Assembly: GCA_036172245.1 (NCBI GenBank)
Contig: JAYWIR010000024.1
Span: 2,790,001-2,854,000, forward strand
DNA: 64,000 nt
Direction of reading: 5' to 3'
DNA from: Raillietiella orientalis
Lineage: Eukaryota
How positions within the stretch are numbered: position 1 is the first letter of the stretch; every line of letters begins with the position of its first letter. The notes beneath the pieces were generated by a model. It was not told the origin of the DNA. It was given only the letters and a program-made list of their open reading frames with translations, and ran no database searches. The translations under genes were made by a program, and so were the position numbers. This document shows, piece after piece, positions 11,070 to 21,981 of this stretch.

Positions 11070-12400
11070 AAGGATCGGTCATCCGACCTAACGCACAACG
11101 GTGAGATGAAGAAGGGAACTGCACGCTGTTCGGACCGCTTTTGCTCCGTGAAGCTCGTGCGACGAGCCCCTCCTCATCCGGAGGGAGCAAGGAATCTGCT
11201 CTATCAGTTGCGGGGAGGGAGGGGATGAGTCGTTATGGACGATTGCGACAGCTCGATTCACGAAATCGCCCTGAGCGATTGGAGACAGGTGACGAGGACA
11301 GGTCACGCAGACTTCCGGGAGCCGTTCCGCTCGCTACCCTGCTGAGTTCAAGGAAGAAAATTCTTCCTTCGACTTCTTTTGCACCAGGAAGATCTCGCCC
11401 TCATCAATTACGGAGGTCACTGCATCCCGGATCCTGTTTTTCCCTTCTTCAGAAAGATCTCCGTATCCTCCCCACTCGCATGCTGTGCTTCCGCACCTCT
11501 TTTCGCCCATGCTGCTGTCTGGTTGTGCATGCGCCCGTGGCGCCGTTGCTGGAAGACCACTGCGAGATGAGCTCGATGACGGCATTTTGCGGTGGCCGAG
11601 CTTGAAAATCAGACCTGAGTCGCTCACCTGCTCTTCACAGCGAGGTGGAAGCAGCAGCACTCCTGGGTTCGGAGGTGAGTTCTGGCACTTCTTAGTCCAA
11701 CGCTGCCTACAGACCGGCGTCCCTGCCAAGTCATTTTTTCTTCGCATGGGCACTCCAAAAGAAGGGGAGATTTTCGGTCCAGTCCTCGAAGGATTCGAAA
11801 GCCTCCGGTCTGCGGGGATTGTGGGGAGATGAAGAAGGATGACGGAATGGCGATGTTGGAGTGGCCGTCTCCGGGTGATGAGCGCTCTCGTCTTCCAATT
11901 GGCATGGAGCTGGTGTGCAAGGGAGAAGATTCTCGTGGTGAAATCCCCACGATTCCAAGTTTCCGTGAAGACTACTGGAAGCAAAGGGATCAGGATGGAG
12001 GGATGGCGTGCTTCTTGTTCCGTTTCGTCCTCCAGCGAACTGACTGGACCATCAATAAGCATAAGCAGATCACTTGTATCCATGTGTAGGAGGGTGCGGA
12101 TTCTGTGAAGCCACGGGTTCGCTTCCAGACACTTCACAGAGAGCGCTTAGACAGTGTCCGGTTAGAGGGATCGTTTACCCTGAAACTCGTAGGGTCGAAC
12201 GCATGGCTCAGGAACTAGACGATTGGTTGGAATGTAATGGTGGCGGAAGGAAGAGAAAGCAGGCTTAGCTGGCATTGGGTTACACCGAACAGCCTGCTCG
12301 GATGCTGTGATGCGGAAGGAAGTGGTATCAAGAGAGTATACCGGGAAGGACAAGTAGAAGGGAGTGGGATAGCAACAAGGGAGCATAATGAAAGCTCTGA
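11070..12400 (+). pseudogene. Probable RLE-type (CRE/R2-like) non-LTR retrotransposon relic
   Basis: IRPNA-NGE (~IRPIAIGE), QLDSRNRPERL (~LDxxNAFNS), ELDDGIL (~YLDD), WKQRDQDGGM and CGFC..RALRQCP (zinc knuckle) occur in the expected order with frameshifts. Confidence 0.5.
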
Positions 12401-13029
12401 GGGTAGGGATAGAATTTCGAGGTTAAAGCAAAAGTGAGCTTGGCATATCCTCGTGGATTTTGGCTGTATCGGAGGAAAGAGAACAGAAAGAATCCGAACT
12501 CACAGATTAGCTCCAGCAGCTGTGTAACAGAAGCGGGAACAGAACGCTCTGCAAATGTTTTTTGTTCCTCGAGAATCTTACGTTAGATGGCGTTCGAAAG
12601 GAGGACTCCCAACACAAGAGAGGATACTGCGGAAGAAACCGCTTTTCTTGCAAACTCAAGGAACTTGAAGGAAGAAAAAACAAAAAACAAATCTGCATCA
12701 GCTAAATTCTTTGTGAATCGTGAAAACGGCGGTCACGTGGGTCGACCAATCAAGAAACGAGAAGTCCGAGCACACACGGAGAAAACGAATGCGCGCGAGT
12801 TCGCGGGAGAAAGGAAAGATGGCAGGGCCTTCGCAGATGAGGGCAGGAGAAACCAACGCAGAATCCGGTCCGCCTGCATGCCAAAACCTCTGCGCTGCAA
12901 ATTTGGTGCTGCGGCTTTGCGGCCTCTCTTTATTCCCTTGGTATTCCATCAGCAGATAAATTCCCTAGGGGCTCTTATCTGATTAGAGAGATCCATGCCT
13001 TTTTTCTTTTATAAAATGCTGCCTGGCTA

Positions 13030-13350
13030 CTAGACAAACCATCGATTTATCATCACGATCCATCCTTTTCGATGAAGGGCTGTTCTGTTTAATTTCCAGC
13101 CACTGGCATCATCAAGGTACTTCTTCTTCCACTTCATGCGTTGGGCAGAGCTCTGATTGGCACTTTGTCCACCTCCTCTTCCATGTACAGGAATCTCGTT
13201 CTTTGTTTGATGCTTGTGGGCTGTGATGAATGATGTTGTTTCTTGCACGTTTTCCAAGGGATTCTTTGTTTGCAACGAACCCTTCTTCCTCCCGTACCTC
13301 CTGAACCTTATGAATGTTGAAAACCCCTGCTTGAAACCCCCTGCTTCCAC
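13030..13350 (-). pseudogene. APE endonuclease N-terminal remnant of a LINE ORF2
   Basis: ORF contains NVQET and GRGGG, resembling the LQET and GGV motifs. Confidence 0.45.
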
Positions 13351-14129
13351 TCATCTTCTCTCGACCTTTGTCCCCTGCAACCACACGAAGGACTCTTGCA
13401 AGACTCTATGAAATCTCACCAAGGAGTTGACATTGCTGGATTCCACGATTCGACCCTTTCGGTCAGCACGCGAAAAGACTGACCGTTAGACCCAGGAATG
13501 AACTGTTTCCCTCTGCCGCCGCTAGAACCTCTAGATGGCTGCGGCCTTTGGTAGTTCTAGAGCTGGCAGTTCTGGATTTGAGTTTTTTTTTGTAGTCGAG
13601 TGACAGTTTTTAGTTTTCTTTGACACTTGGTCTTTTCGGACCAGTCATGTGACCTATGCTGGAATCGACCGGGAAGAAGAAAAGGGAGAAGCGATCCCTG
13701 ATGGAGGTTGTGAAATCCAGGAGGATGAAGTCTCCTGAGTTGCTGAGCTTTGCAGCAGAACCAAACTGGTTGCTTAGAATGGAGCTCGACCTGACTGTCT
13801 GCGTAGATTTGTTCCCGGGATTTCCCCCTACTGGCTGCCGGGAGCTGAGCACCCCTTACTGGCCTCTTTCGGCGGTAGATAACGACCAGTTTCTTTCGCC
13901 ATCGGACCTAAGCAAAGGGACGCGTCCTGTCCTGGAAGCAGAGGAAGGAGAAGAGAATCATCTCAACCATGAACTTTGACTCCCCGTGACGATACGCTTG
14001 CAACTTCAAACTCATCCTTGGTCCGCAGAAAGGTTTTGCATGCATGAAAGACTTTCCTGAGGGCCGATACAGCAACAACCTTCGAACACGGAACGGTTCT
14101 TAGTTCGCCTCCACTTCCATGTTAGGCCA

Positions 14130-14292
14130 GCCTCCATGTTGGCGGCCTCGCGGCTGAGGTCTCCGCGCGTGGCACCGCGCGTTGAGGGTTCGAATGCCCA
14201 CGTGAAAATGGCTGAGAAAGGGGTGAGTCGGTGGGTTTCGAGTCTCCCCCGCAAGATGATGCTGGTTCGCCAGTAGGTTTTGGGGGAGGCGC
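14130..14292 (+). mobile_element. tSINE head
   Basis: TTGGCGGCC..GGCTGAGG..GAGGGTTCGAATGCCC..GGGTTTCGAGTCTCCCCCGCAAGATGATGCTGG, homologous to 7048-7214. Confidence 0.8.
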
Positions 14293-14910
14293 TCAGGTCA
14301 CGCCGGGGCGTTTATTTATAAAAAATAAACGTCTGTGTCAGGACGTGTGATCCTGCTACGTTACTTACGAATACGAAAAGGTACCTGCCAGGATCTGGCA
14401 CGCAGGTCAGCGGGGTTCGCCTCGGCAGCACAGGGGATGGGGACACAAACAAAAAGAAAAGAATAAAACAAAAAACATACAGGCAGAAAAAAAAGGGAGG
14501 GGGGTTCAGAAAGGGATCACTGTGTTCTGGAGAGTGTCCTCTGCATCCTTGTAAGGATTCCGGCCAGTTCCTGTTTCAAGACTCCCAGATGGGACATCTT
14601 GACGCCATCCACATGAAGAGGACAGCAGAATAATAGATGGAGTTCCTGTAGTTCTGGCCTCTTCTGGAGTTGCTCCATGCAGCCATGGTCCCACAGTATA
14701 GGCAGCGCAGTGCTGCTGGGGATGCAGCCAGCGTGAGGGCGTCGCGCAGGAAGAGGTGCTTGGCAACGTCTCTGGGGTTGTCGCCGGGGATTCCAAGGAT
14801 GGCGTCAAAGCGTCCTCAAAGGGGTCGGAGGGTCACTAGGAGGTGCAGGAGGAGTTCCCGCTCCCCACACCTTACGCAGTTTGGGTCCACATACACCCAT
14901 GTCCACTGAT
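14293..14910 (-). pseudogene. LINE subfamily A 3' fragment at site 1
   Basis: WTWVYVDPNCVRCGERELLLHLLV. The 3' UTR is colinear with 7221-7560. Confidence 0.85.
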
Positions 14911-15664
14911 GCGCTCTGGAGCGTTCGTCGCGGACCAGGCCCTCTCCAGGAACGGCGGAGCTGGGCAGATGGCGTACGGCGGTCGCCGACCGCAATCGCG
15001 GAAGAGCACTGCAGCGGCCACTGATCTCAAGCGTTCTGCAAGTGGGGGGTGCGTAGGACGCAGGCGGAGCCGACGCGTGGTGTCTGGAGCTGCTTTTCTG
15101 CAAGGAAGGAAGGAGAGCGATTCGACTCTCGAACCCTTCCGTCCTCTATCTGTTGCTGCGCTGTTCCTCTGAGGACGAGGAACCAACACGTCGGAAGAGC
15201 GCTCCTTCGGATGCGCACAGCTCTCTGCACGTCCTTCTTGTTGTGCTGCAGGTGCAGCGGTTCCTTCGTCTCGCTGACCGCGTATACAAAGTATTGCATG
15301 CAGCCTCCTCGAGGCCGATCCGCTGGATCGCACGACGCGACCAAGGAGCAGGAAATGCAGCGTGACTATCAAATGCCAGGGAGGGAAAAGAAAACCACGT
15401 CCAGTATGGTCGGTGAGCGCTTCGAGGCTCTCACCGATCTCACCTCTCTTTGATGCTTGCAGCTCGATGAAGAAACTCCCGTTTATTCTCTGCTGAATCT
15501 TTCTCAGATTTCCACCACACAATCGGAGCGCAAAGGTTGCTGCTCCTCCGGGATTTGACTCCCTTTTCGCTTGCCATCTCTTTTGGCCGGAATCCTCCTC
15601 CATGCTTTCCTTCCAGAGTTTTTTTTTTTTTTTCGGTGGAGTTTGCCAAGTACGGAAACCACCG

Positions 15665-16720
15665 TTCACTACGAATCCAGGAAGGTTCAGGAGGAAGGAA
15701 ACGGACTCCTTTACGGACCAGGACGAGGGCTCCCTACGCTTGGTAGGGAATCCTCGCCTTGGTTGGCCCCGATTTCCACCCGGACACTCCAGGGTGTTTT
15801 TGAATATCAAAATAACCTCACATATTATGGTAGGACACGTGGTCTTACCACACTCAGTTTCTCCATGGACCTGGCGGGTCGCCAGTAGGCAGGCCGGAGG
15901 GGCTCACCTCGGCAGCGGAGGGGGATGGGAGGAGACAAAAGGAAAGGGTAAATAAAAATAAATAAAAAATCTTTGGGAGGGTCGGGGAGGGACCACTGTT
16001 CGCTGAAAGGAGTCCTCCGCATCCTTTCCAGGATTCCAGCTGGCTCCTTCAGAATAGGTCCCAAGGGAGGCCATCCAGCCGCCATCCGCAGAAAATGAAC
16101 TGCAGACTGGACGGCGTCCCTCCCGTTTCTTTCTCCGTCGGCTTCTCTCCAGGACGACGCAATCCCGCGTAGGCAGCAAAGACCCGCTGCGGCTGCGGCT
16201 GGCTGCAGGGTGTCCCGCACGAAGAGGAGCCGTCAAACGTCCCTGGGGGTGCCATCCGGGATCCGGAGGGTCGTCTCGAAACGTTCCCACACGGGCCGGA
16301 GGACTGCACAGCCCGCAAGAAAATGCGTGAAGGGGGATTCGCGTTCCCTGCACCTGCGACAGTTCGGGCTCGCTCTCCCGGGCGTCCAGTGGTGTCGGCG
16401 TGCATTGCAGGGAAGACCCCAGTGCAACAGCAGGACTGCTGCTGTTGCACTGGTTGTCTCCAAAGGGAGCCTCTTCTTTATCTTCTCCAAACGGGTCCCC
16501 TGGAAGAGGCCACGCCTGAATTTCTTCTTCAGAGGGATCCCCGTAGCTTGTGGAGATTCACTCCTCATTTCTTCTCTAAAGGGAACCCGGGAAACATGCT
16601 TTTCTGGAATTTCTTGTTCGGAGGGAACCTGCAAGGGATCCGCTCCTTGTTCCTCCTCTGAAGTGACCCCCCGAAGGAATGCTTCCAAATTTCTCTAAAG
16701 GGTCGCTCCCCGAAGGGAGC
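15665..16720 (-). mobile_element. tSINE body interrupted at site 2 by LINE-C
   Basis: Body subrepeats at 16462-16720 and distal body at 15665-15770, in the same orientation. Duplicated target at 16450-16461 and 15759-15770. Confidence 0.75.
15771..16449 (-). pseudogene. LINE subfamily C, 5'-truncated (~0.68 kb)
   Basis: LLHWGLPCNARRHHW..PNCRRCRERESPFTHFLAGC. Nearly identical to 45100-45762 on the opposite strand. Confidence 0.85.
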
Positions 16721-16885
16721 TTGTGCCCGAAGAATCGAAGAGGAACGGTGTTCGATTGTTCGTCAGGAGCGGTTTCGGTGACGAACACCCACGAGCCGGC
16801 GAGTATCGTCTGCCGTGAGGGTTCACGTTTTCCTCGCGTTGCTGCTGCTCTTGTTCCTAGGGACGGACGGACGGAAGGGATTTTA

Positions 16886-18870
16886 CCCGGTGACGCCGGG
16901 ACGGTTATTCTTTTTTAAAAAACAAAAACAAAAACTACAAGGAAGAGGGGAAGAAGAGTCCCCCCTTAAAAACGAAAAATGCCAAAAAAAGTCTTTCCGG
17001 GATAACCACCGGAACGCAGACCGGCTTCCAAAAAGTTGGTAACGGAGGGAGGGGGCAGTAAATAAATAAATAAAGACGAGAGGGTGGTGGCAGGTGTCTT
17101 TGGTTGAAGACGTTCCTTTCCTTCTAGAAGCGGTCCTGGATGGTGGTGATCTTCCTGGCGACTTCTGGCAGATCAGGCCATCCCCTTGCTGTTCTCATGA
17201 GGGCTGCTGTCATGCTGCTCTCCGCTGTGAAGCTGACTCGAACACGTGGCGGGCTGTCACCATGGCTGCCGACGCAACAGATGGTTGCGATCACAGCGCC
17301 CTTCTTCAGCTCGCCTCCGCTGAGAAGCGTCGCAGCAGGTCCAAAGCGGTGTCCTGCGGCTGTCGGTCCTCCGAAGGGAGTCTCCGCCGCAAGTCCTCCA
17401 CGGCAGTGCAGTCCAACAGGAGCTGCAGGAACGATTCCATCGTCTGGAACAGTTCGGGGCGGTTCAACTCCCCCGGAAGCCAGGTGTCCGTGCTGATTGC
17501 ACCGGGATTCCCAGTGCAGAAACAGCAGAACGTCCCGTGTCCACAGGAGCGAGAACACGCAAGTGTCCACACACGGAGGAGGGATCGCGAGTTCTTCTTC
17601 GGGAGGCACACCAAGCAGGTCACCCCATTGAAGAAGTCCTTTCTTACAGGAACGAGGTGTGGCGGCATTCACCAACTCGCTCGTCTTGCAGCTGGCCAGG
17701 AGTTCCTGGACTCCTGCAGTGTTGCAGGCCAACTCCCACCCCGCCGGCTGGCTGCTGCCACTACTTGCCCTGAGGATAGACAGCGCTGTGGCAAGGGTGT
17801 GACGGCTATCCGGGACCACTGCGTCCAATCCTTCAGGAGATCTCCCAGCGGTTTGCGTAGGAGACTCTGCAGCGGTCACAGTTCATCTGGGCGCACTTTC
17901 AGGGTGACAATCCAGGACTCCAGTGCCTCCTCCGGCCGAGCGTTCCAGTTTATGCGGTGATAGGAGACCTATGGGTGGGCTACCAGTAGTGAGGACAGAT
18001 GCCTCAGACAAATCCGGTCCTCCGACGTAGGTTGCGCGGCAGCAGAGAAAGAAGTCCTGCGCTCCCAACGCATCTCCGGAGGATGTGGCGTGCCGGAGCA
18101 CACCAATGGGAAGACCACAATTTCCCACACAAGGAGAGAAGTCGGAACTGCATCTGAAGTTCGATCTTCTCGATGGTCAGGATGCCCAAGCCATCGTCCT
18201 GGCGCGGCGCCATTAGGTCTTTCAGGAGGATCCGGGACCTTGCAGAGCCCCACAAGGCTTTACGTAGGGAGAGCGGCGTTCGGATCTTTACCGAATGAGG
18301 GGGTGGCCAGCGAACAAAGAATAAGGGGTGTTAGAAGAGGGAAACAGAAGTGTTCCAGATGGATGCTTGCTTCGGACTCGACGGAAGGGGGGGAGAGAAT
18401 CCACACGGACTGCTTCCGGTGCAACAGGGAAGCGAGAGAAGCTGGTGGTGCGGGTATCGAGACCAGAAGCAACGGGACTCTTGTGGTACGAAGCGCCGCC
18501 TACACCTGGTGGGCTGTTTGTCTTGCCTTGCATGCTTAAGGAGTTCCGGGTGGACCTAACTGAGGAGGGAGATTCGGTCCTCCACAGGGAACGAGCAGGA
18601 GACGCAGACAGAGCTCCGCACGTGCCGGCCGACGCGGAACCGTAGGGCGTGTGATCCCAGGAAGAAGCTCACTGCCGGAAGGACGTGGAGATGGGCTGAC
18701 GGTGGGTTCTGTCACCAGCTTGGGTTTGGCTGGAGGTTCATGCACACGAGTGCGTGGACCAGAGCTGTGCTCTCGCAAGAGAGGAATGGCCGCCCGTTCG
18801 CTCCCCGTTCGAAACTGCCATGCGCAGGCGCTGGAGGAGGACCGTCCAGCCCTCTGATCGATCAGGGGCA
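16886..18870 (-). pseudogene. LINE subfamily F: RT C-terminal part to 3' end
   Basis: FLG, SLSMQGK (~LSxxGK), LMAPRQDDGLGILTI (~PxxxGGLG). Terminal hairpin CCCGG-TGACG-CCGGG at 16886-16900. Confidence 0.7.
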
Positions 18871-18879
18871 TCGTCACTT

Positions 18880-20201
18880 CACCTCCTTAGAGGGAGTCCA
18901 CGAAAACCTTTGATGCTGTCCACCCGAGGGTGCGAGTTGACTCTTCAAGTTACGGGGGTATCCTGGGAGAAACCACCCTATGAATCCAGAAACGCTCTGG
19001 AAGAAGGAGTCCGTTCCCTTTTACTCTTGGGAGGGAACCCTCGAAAGAAACCTCTTCTTTGTTCTCTCTGGAGGGATCCTCCACAAGATCCCTCAGGAAG
19101 GTCCACTTCCAATCCCGACCAGTCAACGGGGGCAACCGGATTCCAGCTCTCACCAGGATCGCAGCCGAACCTATCAGCCGACATGCTTCATCTAGCGGGA
19201 GGACTGGAAACCACAACGCACCGCTCATTCTCGGAGGCGATCCTTTATTTTCACGCGGTCACTCCGGGTCGTTTATTGCCAAAAAATAAAATAGGATATT
19301 TACAAAAAAAAGGCAGTCATATAAAATATAAGAGCGTCTCCGTAGTGGCTTCACATGACCACTTACGCAGGGAAATGCCTCGGAGGCGCTGCTTCTCGTG
19401 AGCGGCTCCCCGATGAGGTCCGCACAGGAGTGGGGGTCGGGGCAAACAAAAACAAAAACACACACACGAAAGTTCAGTTGGAAAAATCTTTGGGAGGGGG
19501 GGGGGGGGAGAGGTCGCAGATTTCTTCCCAGCGTCCTCTGGAGGATGCTGGCAACTTCCTCCTTTTGCTGACAGTGATGTGGCCATCTTGTCGCCCTGAA
19601 GGAGCAGACGATTGGGGATGACCTCACCGTCCGACCGGCCTCTTCCGGCATGGCTTCCGGCCGCCACGATCCCACGAAGGCAGCCCGGGGCTGCAAGGGA
19701 GGAAGCTGCAGGCAACAGCGAGTCCTGCACCAAGAGGCGCCGCTAGGCGCTGACGGGCGGGACTGCCTCTACGCCGCTGCCCACCGGGAGGGGAAGGGCA
19801 GCAGCGAGGAGTTCCCGGACACTCAGAAGGGCAACAACACAATCCAGCAACAGGTGCGGGAAGGTTTCCCTTTCTTCGCACCGGGCGCGGTCCGGAGTCG
19901 CATTCCCTCTCGTCCACTGGTGGTGGACTCGCGCGTTGCATGGAATTGCCCAGCTCTGCAGCTGCGATGCCGAGTCCCTCCACTTCAGGGGAAGTGTCCC
20001 GAATTGGGGGAGTCTCTGCCTCTCCTAAGGGGATGTCCTGAAGTTCCACCCAGCGGAGAATTCCTTTGGGGAGGGCGGTGGGGGTCAGCCAGTTGACGAG
20101 CCGTCCCCCATCCCAGCTGTTTTCCCGCAATCCTTTGCTGGCATTCTAACCCGCAGCGCTCGGTGCCACGGCCGTTGCCACGCGACCACCAGCGCGGGGG
20201 C
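18880..20201 (-). mobile_element. tSINE copy interrupted at site 3 by LINE-E, head directly behind the 5S terminator
   Basis: Head 20201-20137 (GCCCCCGCGCTGGTGGTCGCGTGG..GCGGGTTAGAATGCC). It continues at 19246 with AGGATCG..GAGAATGAG..GGTTTCCAGTCCTCCCGCTAGATGA, then an empty site 1 and the body. Confidence 0.7.
19247..20126 (-). pseudogene. LINE subfamily E, 5'-truncated (~0.88 kb)
   Basis: Degenerate zf-RVT region (LGNSMQRA..HLLL), ELASIL-type C-terminus (EVASILQR) and terminal motif at 19254-19277. 10-bp TSD at 19237-19246 and 20127-20136. Confidence 0.75.
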
Positions 20202-20206
20202 AAAAA
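20202..20206 (-). terminator. Pol III oligo-T terminator of the 5S gene
   Basis: TTTTT lies 4 nt downstream of the 5S 3' end on the minus strand. Confidence 0.8.
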
Positions 20207-20210
20207 GGGA

Positions 20211-20329
20211 GGTCCACGGCACCCGGGGTTCCCAGGCGGTCGCCCATCCAAGTACTGACCGGGCCCGACGCTGCTTAACTTTGCCGATCGAACGAGAGAC
20301 GGTGCTCTCAGCATGGTTTGGCCGTGAAC
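20211..20329 (-). rRNA. 5S ribosomal RNA (119 nt, animal-like)
   Basis: GTTCACGGCCAAACC..AGTTAAGC..GTACTTGGATGGGCGACCGCCTGGGAACCCCGGGTGCCGTGGAC. Helix I (GTTCACGGC/GCCGTGGAC) pairs fully and boxes A and C are intact. Confidence 0.97.
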
Positions 20330-21837
20330 GACACAGCAAGCGCGTTGCCAAGGCACAGTGGTGTTGCTTAAAGTCCCTAAGAACGGGATACGCAGCAGCT
20401 GGAGGAGACACGTCAGCCGAACCTTGCTGGAACGCCCGGCCCCCCCGCCTTTCGTCATGAAAGAGCGCCACCCACGGATGCTCCCTCCCCTCCCTTGCGT
20501 CACTGTTTTTATCCCTATGAAGAGGGCTTTCGATTGGGGTTCCATTCCTCAAGATTTCAATCTCCACGATTATCCTCCCATCAGCTACCGCTTGGGCACA
20601 AATTGCTGAAATTATGGATGTTTATTTTTGAAATAATTGCCTTTATTTTCATTACGACTTAGAGTGGAATAATGATTTATGGGTAAGGGTCAGCGGGTCA
20701 TACTGTGGAAAGGACGACTCTTGTACCAATGATAAATCGTCATTCTGCTCACGATCACCGTCAAGGAGGTGATGGCCCGGATTTTCGGAACATGGAAATT
20801 TCCCGTGAAGATTCCTGTGAGGCGCGCGCGCATTCCCGGCGGCCGGGCCGGTGGCGGATTGCTGCCCTTTCGGCAAGGCGGTTCGGAAGCCGGGCAGCCG
20901 GATGCGCGCGCGCAGCTCCGAATCCATCCCCCTCCCTCCCTTGCCGCAGCTTTGCCCTCGATCGGCTCCAAGGTGGACTGCATGCGCCGTGACCCACCTT
21001 GGAGCCTGGGAGGCGACATCGCGCCAACTCGGCCGCCTTGCCCCCTTCCTCGGAGGCGCATGCGTCTCAGCTTCCCTTTTCCCATTTCCGCGCACCTTGT
21101 TCCTCCTCCTCCTGAGAGAATCCCGGCGCCGCGTGCGAGGAACCTGCGGGGGTGCGCTGGCTGCTCGCGGCATTCGCCGATCCTCGCATTTCGTCCCGCG
21201 GAGCCCAAGTTTTTCCGATGGGTCCTCCCTCCCTCATGCGCTTCAGAATGCTTGGGGGGGGGAGGGGGGGACTGTGTCTGGAATCTCGAACTGATTGTAC
21301 CCACTTGAGATGCATGTTTGGTGTGGGGGGGAGGGAAGTCGAGCATCCATGCTTTGGATGATGATGACTCCGCACTTTGCACGTGAAGAGCCGTTGAAGC
21401 CGCTGCCCTCTTTGATGAGTCACCTCCTCTGATAAGCCTTTAAATGGAAGGAGCAGAGACTGAAGTCCCATCGGAATGCCCCGCCCGGAAGTGGTCGGAG
21501 CGTCCACGCGAAAGGCGTGTTTGGCTTCCCGTGGACGGAGGCCCGGAGCTCTAAGGAAGGTCAACGCAGCAGGAGGAGAACGGGGAGAGACGCTAGCGAA
21601 AAAGGAAGAGAGTGGTCGGCCGGCGCGAAACGGTCGAACCACTTCCCGGGATAGGTGGCTTCCGGGAGCATTCGGCGACCCGTCTGCGCTTCCAGGACCG
21701 CACCATCTCCGTGGAGTTCGTACGAGCAGCTCCTCCAGTGGAGGGAGGGTCGATGCTTTCTGCTGCTCCTGGGATTTTTTTCCCTCTCTCCCCCTCTCTC
21801 ATAGTATGCGCAAGACGCCACCTGCAAGTCGTTCCAG

Positions 21838-21981
21838 AGCAGGTGGTCGTGTGGCCACGGCGAACGCGCGCAACACCTAGCGTCGCGGGGTTGGGATATC
21901 CACGAAAGATCGACGACGGATGGGTTTGGATTCCCCCCGCGAGAGGACTCGGGGAGGCTCCACGCCTGGGGTGTGCATTGG
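21838..21981 (+). mobile_element. Diverged tSINE head
   Basis: GTGGTCGTGTGG..GCGGGGTTGGGAT..GATCGACG..GGGTTTGGATTCCCCCCGCGAGA..GGGGTGTGCATTGG, colinear with the other heads. Confidence 0.6.

Noticed and set aside
16886..16909. The CCCGG-N5-CCGGG motif as the genomic target site
   Set aside because: In LINE-C and LINE-E it lies inside the TSD-bounded insert, so it belongs to the element terminus.
18880..20329. A 5S-derived SINE (SINE3) with a LINE tail
   Set aside because: The 5S has its own terminator, and the LINE fragment is bounded by a TSD inside a separate tRNA-headed repeat.
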